A program made the translations under genes and the position numbers. This document shows positions 23,007-33,967 of a stretch of DNA of 64,000 nt, one piece after another (position 1 is the first letter of the stretch; each line of letters begins with the position of its first letter). This DNA comes from Selaginella moellendorffii (taxonomy: Eukaryota > Plantae > Lycopodiophyta): contig NW_003314269.1 in assembly GCF_000143415.4 (NCBI RefSeq), positions 2,659,060 through 2,723,059 on the forward strand, read 5' to 3'. The notes under the pieces are model-generated. The model had not been told where the DNA came from. It ran no database searches and saw nothing but the letters and a program-made list of their open reading frames with translations.

Positions 23007-24830
23007 TTATACAGGCTTCTGCTGAGCTAACTTTTCCTTGTTCACGAACAGCCCATGGAAACCGTATGGTACTCTCGAAGGGAGCTCGATGGACGCTACT
23101 GTGTCTAGCTTGGGAGAGCTCGCATCCATAATAAGCAGTTCGGAGACGCCAGTTATTTCATCGTGGACGTAGCAAAGCAGAAAGCCGTCATCTTCCTCGG
23201 CATCGTCGTTCCTGGGAACGAAAAATGGCTCACTGCCAAAACGTCCCGTTCCAAATTTTCTCCATGCAACCACAGCGGGGTCATACTCGAGAGCTTCTTC
23301 AGAGATGGTCGTCACGTTGGAACATCTGGGAGCATTCAGATCGAGCTTTGCAACTCCAGAGAACTTCGGCCATGGACCATAAATCGAATAATAAGCATAC
23401 CTCGTCTTTCTGGTGATCATCCGGTGATCGACTTGGCCGATCTCGAGAACTGCAGCAGTGACTCGTGTTACGGTAGCCAGGCTCGTCTTCATATCTAGAT
23501 GGACTTCACAGACAGTGTTATGAACGGAAGCCGGATCATCAAACATGTTCCTGAGCGGCCATGTCTTTGCAGCGATCAGCACGATCTTTTCTCCGCCGTC
23601 CTCCTCCCAGCCGGTCACAAAATGCAAACTCGTGAAGCCAGGGACGTCGAACCATTTCAAGCCGGACACATCCTCGGCGTTCCTGGGAAGAACACCAAAT
23701 CGTGGGACTTTGTTCTCGTCGCACACAACGGCAGAGGTTCTCTTCAGGAAGAGATCTTGGAACCGGAAAACTATCTGCGTCTCCGGGAAGACGACGAAGT
23801 TCTCGGTCGCCACGAAGTCGTGCATCATAACCGGCTCGGACAGGGGAATTGGAACGTCCTTGGACTTCACTCCTCGAGCAGACACTTTGAAGTACTTGAG
23901 ATACGGCTTCGTGGCGACGCTGTAGCTGTAACAGAGCAGCTCTCCAGTCCGTGGATCCAGCTTGGGATGAGCTGTCATTGGCGAGTTGAGCTGGTTCTCG
24001 CCATCAAAACCGAACCTTCCGACGGTCTCGAGGTCGCCACTCTCGCAGATACGAACAGCATAAGGCATGTCGTCCTCGGACATGGCGAGAAGAGTTCCAT
24101 TGTGGAAGACAAGCCCAGCGTTCGCAGTCCCGATTCCTCCAGTGGCATCGACGATTCCCAGCGCGACTCTCATGGCGAAGAGTGTGATGCGAGCGATTCC
24201 TGGGACTCCGTGACTATCTCCCAACGGATTCGGGAACAGGGACCGGCCAGCGGAAGCTTCGTGCTTGTACCTGTTGGTCTTGGTGTAGCGGCAACAGTAG
24301 TATGGAACTCCACCAACGAACTTGACAGCGTGAAGCATTCCATGGCCGTCGAAGTAGTGGTATCCTCCCACCGGCTTGAAGAGCGGATTGGCACCGTTCC
24401 GGATGTAGATGCCTCCTTTCAGGCACTCCGGGATCTCTCCTCGAACCAGGGTGCACGGCTGCGGAGGGACTTCGCAGGGAACCGGCGCAAAGTTGTCGGC
24501 GAGCTGGATCTTTGGGTCCGATCGCGGCGGACGCACCACTCGCGGCTCGATGAAGTTTGCAATGAAGCTCTCGGCGGCGTCGCAGAGCCGTCCTGCTATG
24601 CCCGTGTATTGCTTTCTGGCGCTGGTGGTGGCGGTGGTGTTGGTGGTGGTGGTGGTGGCGATGGAGGAGGAGCTTAAACTAAGTAAGCTTTTCAGTTCTT
24701 TTTCTTCTTCCAGTGGCTGCTCCCTGACTGCTGTTGCTCTGATTCCAGGGTGGTGGCTTTGCGCTGCTGCTCGCGTTTTGCTCACTGGAGAGAGAAATCC
24801 GGCTGCTCCATGATGGAGTACGAAAGCCAT
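23007..24830 (-). CDS. NCED: Carotenoid cleavage dioxygenase, NCED-like, intronless, with transit peptide
   Basis: RNGANP, HYFDGHGMLHAV, GTANAGL, LLAMSEDDMPY, MTAHPKLDP, MMHDF, GSEPFFVPR, EDDG, SRVPYGFHG. NCED versus CCD4 subclade is not resolvable by eye. Confidence 0.85.
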   Translation of the reverse strand: MAFVLHHGAAGFLSPVSKTRAAAQSHHPGIRATAVREQPLEEEKELKSLLSLSSSSIATTTTTNTTATTSARKQYTGIAGRLCDAAESFIANFIEPRVVRPPRSDPKIQLADNFAPVPCEVPPQPCTLVRGEIPECLKGGIYIRNGANPLFKPVGGYHYFDGHGMLHAVKFVGGVPYYCCRYTKTNRYKHEASAGRSLFPNPLGDSHGVPGIARITLFAMRVALGIVDATGGIGTANAGLVFHNGTLLAMSEDDMPYAVRICESGDLETVGRFGFDGENQLNSPMTAHPKLDPRTGELLCYSYSVATKPYLKYFKVSARGVKSKDVPIPLSEPVMMHDFVATENFVVFPETQIVFRFQDLFLKRTSAVVCDENKVPRFGVLPRNAEDVSGLKWFDVPGFTSLHFVTGWEEDGGEKIVLIAAKTWPLRNMFDDPASVHNTVCEVHLDMKTSLATVTRVTAAVLEIGQVDHRMITRKTRYAYYSIYGPWPKFSGVAKLDLNAPRCSNVTTISEEALEYDPAVVAWRKFGTGRFGSEPFFVPRNDDAEEDDGFLLCYVHDEITGVSELLIMDASSPKLDTVASIELPSRVPYGFHGLFVNKEKLAQQKPV

Positions 24831-25106
24831 TCTCTGTGAGATGGCGAGACGAGAGCTTTCTCGCCGCGAGTACACTCAAGGAACGCAAAGCATTGTCGTG
24901 GACACTACTCAGAGTAATGAATCGGCATGAGTCACTGTACTCGCTCAAGCTCAAATTCAGCGCTACAAGCAACAAAGACAGATGCCTTGCGGGAGGGACA
25001 ATCTTGAAGATCTAGTTGATTTTGTGGCTCCCCATCGATAAGACCACTCGGTCTTGCCATTCCCGGGCCTACATCTCTATACGTAAGCCAGATTTAAACA
25101 CACGGT

Positions 25107-25182
25107 GGCGCGAGATTTTGAATTAAAACACTGGTTACACGTGGTAACTTTTCACTGGCATGCCACGTCCGACGTGGTGGCA
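25107..25182. promoter_or_regulatory. ACGT-core (G-box/ABRE-like) cluster in the divergent NCED/SIL1 promoter
   Basis: CACGTG at 25138-25143, inverted pair CCACGTC-C-GACGTGG at 25163-25177, and GGCGCG-AGAT-TTTGAA at 25107-25122. Confidence 0.4.
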
Positions 25183-25211
25183 AATTTTAGGGCTTGCGAT
25201 AGGGAAGGGGA

Positions 25212-26754
25212 ATGGCGAGAATGGCGATGCCGATGGCGCTGGTGTGTTTCTTCTCCCTGGCCTGCGCGGCGGCAGCGGCAGCGGCGCCGCCCACTGTGCT
25301 CTCTAGGATAGCTGGGCTGGACGCGAAGCTGAATTCGAGCCGGGGAGGCTTTGCGTGGGTGACTGGAATCGACGAGAAGGATCTGGAAACCAAGGCGCAG
25401 GTCTCGCTGTTGGAGGATACCGAGGTCGGGTTTCCAACGCTAGATAGCCTTCTCCAATGGGCCATAGGTATCAAACAATGCTTGCTGGGTTGGATGGTAT
25501 AAGATTCGTGTTCTTCGCAGGACACTCTGATCCAGAGAAACTAAAGGACTCTGCCAGGGAAACCATGAGGCTTACTCCCGAGGAACTCGCAAAGCGTCGA
25601 GCGGATATCAAGGTAAGGAAAGAAACCTGGAGAAACGAACTGGCTGTTTATAATGGATTTGTTTGTTTCTGTGCTTATTAGGAACTGATGGAGAGATTGA
25701 AAATGCCATCTGATGCAGATTTGATGAGAATAGCGATCAAGGATCTTAAGAATTCTTCTCTCTCGGTTGACGAGCACAAGCGTGCTTTGGACGAGCTACT
25801 GGAGCTCGTTGAGCCGATTGACAACGCAAATGGTACCTGTTTTTGTTTTCCCTGTTTTGGAACTTTCACTGAAAAATCTCTTTCTCTCAGATTTAAACAA
25901 GCTGGGTGGCCTGGAAGCTGTGATCGATGTGCTCCAGAGCCCCGAAGAGGACATCCGGGTAGCCGCAGCGTGGGTGCTGGGAAAGGCCAGTCAGAACAAT
26001 CGTCTCGTCCAAAGTCAGGTAAAAAACCTTGTCCGATGGAAAGCGGCGGCTACATGAACTTCTTCATGTCTTTATCATTGCAGATTTTACAAATGGAAAC
26101 ACTTCCAGCTTTGATGAAGATGGTTACGGCTACTTCCGAGGAGGAGGCCGTGAAGGCTCTGTATGCCGTTTCCGCTGTGATCAGGAACTATCCCGCTGGC
26201 CACGAAGCGTTTTACGAGCAAGGTGGCGCGAGACTCTTGCAGGTAAGCGTCGTGGAAACTTGATTTCTCGCTCCAATCTCTGTTAATCTTCTTGATCCTG
26301 TCGAGCAGGAACTGTTAAGCAGCTCTAGCACGAGCCAGAGACTCATGAAGAAGGCTCTGTTTTTGGTGGCCGACTTAGCCGAGCAGCTTGCGGAAGCTGG
26401 AGGAGGTTTATCAAGCTACGTTCCCGAGGACGAGCTAGTGGAATCTGTTGTCCAGATACTCGGTTCGTCCGACTTGGACACTCAAGAAAAGGCAAGAAAG
26501 CCTCTCGAAGTTTTTGTGAGTTTTAACTTGCGTGAACTTTTGGTATGCAGGCACTCATGGCTCTCAAGAGCCTGGCTCGCGTCGGGAGCACGCACAAGAC
26601 GCTCAAGGGCGTGTCGGGGTTGGATGTGGCGCTGGAAAAGCTCCGGCGGACGCTGGAGCAGCTGATGCTCGAGCAGGATCATGTGGAGCTGGCCAGGGAC
26701 ATGGAGGAACTGAGGAAAGAAGTAGCAGCGTCCTTGCAGGTTGGACGGATTTGA
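25212..26754 (+). CDS. SIL1: Hsp70 nucleotide exchange factor, SIL1/Fes1 family with signal peptide, multi-exon
   Basis: Signal peptide, FPTLDSLLQWAIGHSDPEKL, ELVEPIDNANDLNKLGGL, AAWVLGKASQNN (ARM repeats). Confidence 0.85.
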
Positions 26755-28680
26755 CCCGACAATACAAAGGATTGCCTTTGGTTTGTAAATTTTTACTGCC
26801 TGCTCGAGAAATCAAGTTTGTAAAGCTTTCTGTTTTCATATGTCCAAAAAGCTTATTTTGAAATTATTTTTAAAGACTTTCCAATGTCTTAATCAGTTAG
26901 GGTGAATATATCTAAAATATGCTTGAATATTTTATTATCTAGCATTTCATTTATGTTTATAATTTATAAACATACCTAAACACCTCCCAATATATTCTAT
27001 TATCCCAAACTTGACATTCCAGAACTTGCTCTCCTAGCATTTCTCCAGCCTTTTTGGACTCACACCAATTACTCCTTACATTCTCCAACAATGTATAACA
27101 CCCTCTGTTGGGATAATACCCAAGAGCTTTCGGAGAGAGTAAGGGCTCACGAATCTTCTCTAAAGCCATTTGCATGGCCTCTTAGACAATCAAGTCCCCC
27201 ACCCCATCGGCAAAAGTGGACTGCCTTGAAAGGATCTTGCCTCCCTTTCTTCCAGTAGAATTTGCAGTTGCCCAAGAATATCTCTGTTCACTTCGTCCGC
27301 ATAGCCCAGAGGTTTACTAGGAGATAAGTGACCAGTGACTTGTATGGAAATCTTGCTACAAACTTCCCTGGATAACACAATCAGAAAAACCAAAAAAGAG
27401 CTCCACTGTAACATGGCGTAGGGTCACAATCCTGGCTATGCAATTTAACCCCTCACCTTGCCCTTGATGTTGTTGAAGGGCACCATTGCCTGCTTTGCCA
27501 CTGTAGCCTTAGCAACTATCTTGCTGTTGGATCCTCCTCCTATGTATTCTTTGTTTGTTTATGGTAGTTCATGAACTTTGTTCTTGAGGCGAGCTAGATG
27601 CATATTGGATAACTGCAGGAAAGCTTAAATAAGTTGATGGGATTTGTTTTTTAGCTCAATTTACTTTTTTTTTTTTTTTTGTCATTGTGTTTTAAATGAA
27701 TTAATATTATCAATTAATTAGACAAGTTTGTATGATGGGTTTAATTTGCACAATTCCATAATCGTCATACAACTTAGGAATAAAGGGTTTTTCACCACTT
27801 TTGCAAACGGCAACCCTACCCTGAATGATTTTGCTATTTTAATGGCACTACCAAAATAGAACGCTGCTCAATCGATGTCTTGAACATAGACAATTCTCAC
27901 TCCATCAGCCATTAGTTATCCAAAATTTGATAGTATCTATGTTATGAAAAAAATAAAAGTATTTTTTAAGGTTATAGGATTTACAATTTATTATTCTTTG
28001 AATAAGAGCTTTTCTGGAATTTAGTATTCATAGTGATAAAAAGGATATGTATTATAAATCTTTAATTATTTTTCTTTAATCTTATATAAAATTTTAAATT
28101 CAGTAAATAAAATTAATGAAGTTTAAGTATAACTTTAATATTTGTTATTTGTTTAGATATTTTGAGTTTGTGGGGTTTTGATTTTGTGAAAAAGTTGGAG
28201 TATTGTATATGTGTTTTGGGATTTTGAAATAGTGTTGATAAAATGTAAAAATAATGTTATATGTTTTAATATTAAATAATTGCACCAATGTGTAGAACTA
28301 CTATTGTATATTTCTTTTTTTTTCTTCTGCACTTTAGGGTTTTAAAGAGTTTACATTTATTATTAATTTAGAAAGATTAGTTTTGGAAAAAATATTTATG
28401 CCATGTTAATAAATGTTTCTTTGCAATATTCTAAATATTTTATTTGTTTAAGTACAATGGTACATAATGCATAGTAATTATAAATAAGTAAATAAATCTT
28501 GGAAAGTAAAATTAGTTATTTACTTATGATAGTTAAATAAGTTTTTTTGAATTTCTTATTTTTTAATTAGAGAAAATATTCTACTAAAGGTTGTTATTCA
28601 TTAAAATTAATTTTGTTAAAAATATATTTATAATTATTTTTCTAAACATTTCTTAGTATACTCTAGTTTATGCTATCATC

Positions 28681-28845
28681 TGTGAGTGCATGGAATATGG
28701 AAAGGGAATACAGAAATGTGCATATCAATTAGCCCAAAAACCTTAGCTTATATACCGGAGTGAGTGGTCCGGATTGAAACCAATCCAAAATCCCACTACG
28801 CTAATATTAGTATACGGCATCGTAGCCGTACACTTCGCCCTCACA
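28681..28845 (-). repeat. 3' LTR (165 bp) with TGTGAG...CTCACA termini
   Basis: Direct repeat of 33506-33672, with about 10 substitutions and two indels by eye. Confidence 0.93.
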
Positions 28846-28877
28846 ACATCCCCTCCTCTCGGAATAATGGAAGGCCG

Positions 28878-31800
28878 TCAGGGTTCTCTTGTAAATGGGC
28901 CGGGATCTGGAGGAATGTCAGGGGGAGGCATCAGTGGATCTGTAGATGGTATTAACTGCTCCTGATCCCTTTGTATGAAGCGTTTTAACCGCTGCACATG
29001 CACAATCTCCGGAGGATCGGCCTGCTGAACGTCATGCCGAACCTCATAAACTTGTGGTCTAACTTGCCGCAACACCCGATACGGTCCTTTCCACTGCGCA
29101 AGGAGCCCCTTAGATAAACCACATACTGTAAGATGGGGAAAACGGACTAACACCAAATCATCCACTTTGTACTATGCAGGTGGATGATGATGGGAATTAT
29201 AGCGCCATTGTTGTCCCACTTGTACGCAACCTAAGTGTTCAGCAAACTCTACTCGGATAAGTGGAAGAATGCTTGTCAAATATTGATCCCATGACCTAGC
29301 ATCAGGAGCTCGTGGCAATCGCGAAGGTAAACCCAACTCTGTTGGTAATATTGGATCATGACCATATAGAAGTTTATATGGTGAAGCACCAACAGAACTC
29401 TGCACCTCTGTGACATAGGCATACCGAAGAGACGGCAAATAACCATCCCAATCCGAATGCTGAAAGTTCACATACTTCGCAATCATCCCTTTGAATGTCC
29501 GAACGAGCCGTTCCACCAGACCGTCTGATTGTGGATGATAAGCACTCGTAAAAGTGTGGCGTATCCCCAACCGAGATGTCAAAACATGAAATACCTCAGC
29601 CATAAATGCAGGACCATTATCCGAAAGAATCCGCTCTGGACAAGAATGCTGGAACACCACTCGATTGAGGAGGAAGTATCCAACAGCAGTTGCAGAGGCA
29701 CTAGCAAGAGCACCAACTTCCACCCAACGAGTCAAGTAGTCAGAAACAATAATAATATACTCATTGCCAGCAGTCAATCGTGGAAAAGGTCCTATAAGAT
29801 CAAACGCCACCAACTCAAACGGACGAGAAACTGCAATTGACTCCAACCGTCCTTCCGCAACACAAGGGGGAGTATTACGAGCTTGGCACCAAACGCAGCT
29901 ACGCACATACCGGATAATATCACGTCGCATCTCTGGCCAATAGAAAGATCTACGCAGCTTCTCGATGACATGACGGTGTCCCATATGCCCACCTAGAACA
30001 GGAGAATCATGGTAGGCATGGAGAAACTGCGGAATAAACACCGAAGGCACCACCAGCCGTAAATGATCATCAGGATCCGTCCCCACAAAATAAAGAAGGC
30101 CATCTTCAAGGCGATATTGAGAATGTAAATGCCGGAAAGGCAAGTCATCAGCAAGTGATGCAGTATTCTCAAACCCATCTCGAAGCCTTTGAATCCACGG
30201 CTCAATCTTTTGAGCCTCGCGAACCTCATCCAGAGAAGGTAGATCTTGCTCTGCGCCCTGTGGACACTGAACGTCAAGGACAGCAACCACCGACGGCACA
30301 GAATCCTCATCTAGAAAATCCACAAATGCTGGAATAACAAGTTTGTCAGAAACATGAGAAGTGAGTGGAGAAGGAAGAGGAGCTCAAGAAAGGGCATCAG
30401 CATCAGCCATAGAACTCCCTGGGCGATGAACAACATCGAAATCATATATCTGAAGCTTCAAAGCCCATCGAGCCGTACGACCAACCAGGTTCTTCCGCTT
30501 CAATAATGAAGTAACAGCAGCATGGTCACCTTCAAGTAACGTCCGAGAACCATGTAGATATGCATGAAGTTTCTCGAAACCTCAGACTACTGCTAAACAC
30601 TCCTTCTCCGTCGTGGAGTAGTTCATCTCCACTGGTTGTAATGTACGGCTTATGTATCAATGGGATGGCGCTGACCAGGCACACTTGAGCTCTCTTGCAT
30701 CAACACACCTCCAAGACCAATGTCAGAAGCATCCACGCGCAAAATAAAATGTCGAGTGTAGTCAGGATATGCCAAAACCGGAGGAGTCGTCAATAGCTCT
30801 TTGAGATTCACGAACGCCCGCTCACAATCTGGAGACCAGATGAAAGATGACGTTGATGACTTCAGCAACGCTCGCAATGATGTAGTGCGATCGGAAAGAT
30901 GATCCACAAAACGACCGAGATACTGCACCTTACCCAAAAAGTGCTGCACATCATTCACACACTTCAGAGTAGGGAACTTTAGAACAGCCACAAGTTTGTC
31001 AGGATCAACTTGCAAACCCTCACGAGAAATACGGTACCCAAGATAAGTTGTGTCCTTAGACCCAAACACGCACTTTGACCGCTTCAGCTTTAAACCAACA
31101 TCGCGTAGCCGATCCAACACTTTACAAACATCACGAACGTGCTCCTCCCACGTCCCCTCTGAGTGGATCAAGACATCATCAATGAAGTCAGCCGTCACCT
31201 CCGGCATATCGCAAAGAACCTCGTCCATCATCCGCTGAAAAGTTGCTGGAGCATTGTTCAAACCAAACGGCATCACCAAGAACTCGTACAAACCAAATGG
31301 TGTATGAAAAGCAGTCTTAAGAATATCTTCTTTGGCCATCAGTACTTGCCAATACCCAGAAGCAAGATCTAGCTTGGTGAACCAACGACTTCGCCCCAGA
31401 TGATCCAAGAGATCAGCAGTGTGAGGAAGAGGGTACACGTCCGGGATCGTCACTTCATTTAACGGATAATAGTCGATATAGAAACGAATACTCCCATCAG
31501 GCTTTGTCACAAGATGAGGTTCAGATGCCCAAGGACTCCGCGACTTCCGAATAACACCCTTCTCCAACATCTCCTTGACGTTTGCACGTAAAATCTTGAT
31601 CTCCTTGGGTGACCGACGACGAACAGGAACCTTGATTGGACGAGCATCCCCAGTTGGAATGGGATGATGTGTGGCAATCTTGGCCCCAGACAATAGGTCA
31701 AATTCAAAGAGATCAGAATACTCCTTCATGAGCTGGTCAACAGCTGCAACACAAAGATCATCGGAGGGATCGGAAAAGGGAAGAGAAGAACAAGATGGAA

Positions 31801-32365
31801 ACACAAGAGGAAACAGTGGGGGAACAAAAGTAATGGAAGCAGAGGTAGAAGTAGAGGGACGAAGAGGTACGGAAGTGAGAGGAATGGATGAAACATAAGG
31901 AAGTATGAGACAAGGGGGAGAAGCCTCAAAGTCACATTTGGCATGATTGCGCTGCAACCAATCCATACCAAGAATGAGGTCAAAAGCTTGACTCGGCACC
32001 ACCCGCAATGATTGCAACTCAAGCTCGAGATCACCCACACGCACAACCAGGTCCGCCTCATCTCGTGCACATGCATGTGTACGGCCGTTGCCATAAAGAA
32101 TGAAAACTGGATCCGCCGCACGACGCAAGTGTAGACGACAACGTGTGGCAACAGGTCGAGCAATAGAAGATAAACTCGAACCTGTATCAACCAACACGGA
32201 GAGAAGAATAGGAGACCTCTTGTTATAAAAACGAGCTTGGAAAGTAAACACTGGATGAACCAGTGCCGAGTGAACCCCTTGATGATACTCCCGAAAGAAA
32301 GATGGAGGGGTCACTAACTTATTCGCGCAAGGCCCCTCCATTACTTGCGCGACTCCTCGTTTCCC
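28878..32365 (-). pseudogene. Gypsy pol (protease, RT, RNase H, integrase with GPY/F), disrupted
   Basis: Protease LVDTGSS and ILGMDWL. RT KLDLASGYWQ, MPFGLNNAPATFQ, FIDD. RNase H DAS..NYSTTEKECLA. Integrase HHCC, DDE and WKGPY. One 1-nt frameshift near 30658 and several in-frame stops. Confidence 0.93.
32302..32365 (-). promoter_or_regulatory. -1 programmed ribosomal frameshift signal (slippery heptamer + H-type pseudoknot)
   Basis: Minus strand reads G GGA AAC gaggag TCGCGCAAG ta ATGGAGGGG c CTTGCGCGA ataagttagtga CCCCTCCAT. The heptamer is in the gag frame and pol is in the -1 frame. Confidence 0.88.
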
Positions 32366-33273
32366 GAATGCACCTCGATATCCAAACCTTCCACCGCAGC
32401 AGCACCAATAGGACGTTGCTGACGCCAAGGTCTCCACCTAGGAAATGGAGGTTGCCAATCCGGAAAGCGCCGACAACGCCGATAAGTATGACCAACTTCA
32501 TCACACGCCCAGCAACGAACATCACGGCCACGACCACGTCCTTGCCCTTGTCCTTAGACTCGAGTAGCAGCAGCATCAACCTCCATGGGAACAGGACCAT
32601 CACTCATAGGAACTGGAGTTGAAGGACGTGTAACAAGAAGTGGAAGAGGTGACGTCTCATAACGTTGTGCCAAGCGAAGAGCATCGTCAAGAGTGGCAGA
32701 AGCAAGTGCATGCACAAGTCCGACAAAATCTTGACGAAGTGTTGGCCACAACATTCCTAACTTGATCCGCTCCGACATATTTGGCTCCGCACGAAGCAAA
32801 AGACTTCGGAAACGAACGCCAAATTGCATCACCGACTCAGATGGCCCTTGGCGAAGACGATGCAATTGTTGGAAGGCATCATCACAATTGTCGGCGTGTC
32901 CGAAGGCATGTTTGAAGACGTCCGGAAGAGCACTCCAATCACCACGAGTGGCTGCGCTCAATCCATTGTACCACTGCAATGCCATCCCTTGGAGACATGT
33001 GGGGAACTCACGCAAACGTCGAGCATCATCCCAAGAATGATATGTAGCAATCATCGTGAAGTGATCGAACCAATGGTACATATCATCCCTAAGATTCCCA
33101 CGAAAGAACTCCAGCCGAATGCGAGGATTGGCACCAAAAGCAGGAGGAGTTGTACCATGTGCCGTGAACGCCGCCATCAACTGAGTTTGGTTGTTCAATT
33201 GCAAGCGCATAGCATCAAGCAATTGAACCAACTGCTGCTCTAGAGTCAAAGGAGGAGATTGCGGATCGGCCAT
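32341..33273 (-). pseudogene. Gypsy gag with CCHC zinc knuckle and one premature TAA at 32554-32556
   Basis: Capsid-like LRQGPSESVMQF..RF and VPMEVD. After the premature stop the frame continues GQGQGRGRGRDVRCWACDEVGHTYRRC..SGNEESRK*. Confidence 0.9.
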
Positions 33274-33505
33274 GAAGATGAATGAAAAAGAAAGAGCAAA
33301 AGAAGAAAAATGACAAAAAGCTGGAAAGAAATGGTAAATCTAGACAATGCAAGAAGCTAAATCTAAACCAAAATCCTGAAAGGAAAGAACAAAATAAAGG
33401 AAATGGAAAAAGCTAGATCTAGACAATGCAAAAGCTAGATCTAAACCAAAATCCCAAATCCAAGCACTCCCCAGGGACAATCAAAAATGCCCCTCACCTC
33501 CACCA

Positions 33506-33672
33506 TATGGAATATGGAAAAGGAATACAGAAATGCGCATATCAATTAGCCCAAAAACCTTAGCTTATATACAAGAGTGAGTGATCCAGATTGAAACCAA
33601 TCCGACAGCTACCAAAATCCCACTATGCTAATATTAGTATACGGCATCATAGCCGTACATTTGGCCCTCACA
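33506..33672 (-). repeat. 5' LTR, with an 8-bp deletion at the PBS-proximal end
   Basis: Matches 28681-28845 but reads T-ATGGAAT where the other LTR reads TGTGAGTGCATGGAAT. Confidence 0.9.
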
Positions 33673-33967
33673 CATCTAAGTTTTTATATAATAAAAATAA
33701 AATTATGTTTTTAACTTATAATATTATAAATTTTTAATTAATCAATTGAATTAAATATTACTATTAAACAAGCAAAATGTTGTTACATGTAATGTGCAAT
33801 AAATTATTTTCAGGAAATAAATAATTTACCACTTAATTCTTTTATTACAGAGAAGGAAATGTATTTATACTTTTATTATTATAATATTAAAAGTTATTTA
33901 AGATGGAAAAGTTTGGATGTGCTAAAATGGCAAATTTCTCTGGCTCAATGGCCAAGAACCCTAATGC

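Larger units (their letters stand above)
28681..33672 (-). mobile_element. Full-length but decayed Ty3/gypsy LTR retrotransposon (4,992 bp), no chromodomain
   Basis: LTRs at 28681-28845 and 33506-33672. TSD CATC at 28677-28680 and 33673-33676. PBS at 33486-33505 and PPT at ~28849-28860. Domain order gag-PR-RT-RH-INT. Confidence 0.96.

Noticed and set aside
23499-24677. 392-aa antisense ORF over NCED, and similar long antisense ORFs over malate synthase, PPR and TGD1
   Set aside because: These are shadow ORFs expected from GC-rich codon usage and have no recognisable motifs.
26957-27560. Short minus-strand ORFs between SIL1 and the AT-rich island
   Set aside because: They look coding-like but are fragmented and match no family I recognise, so I cannot support a call.
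27846-27860. CACTACCAAAAT as a CACTA transposon terminus
   Set aside because: I found no matching inverted terminus, TSD or transposase in the window.
28677-28681. 5-bp TSD CATCT for the gypsy element
   Set aside because: It would consume the LTR's terminal T. The TGTGAG..CTCACA termini and the 4-bp TSD of the related element favour CATC.
33486-33505. tRNA gene fragment ending in CCA
   Set aside because: It is the retroelement primer-binding site and has no cloverleaf.
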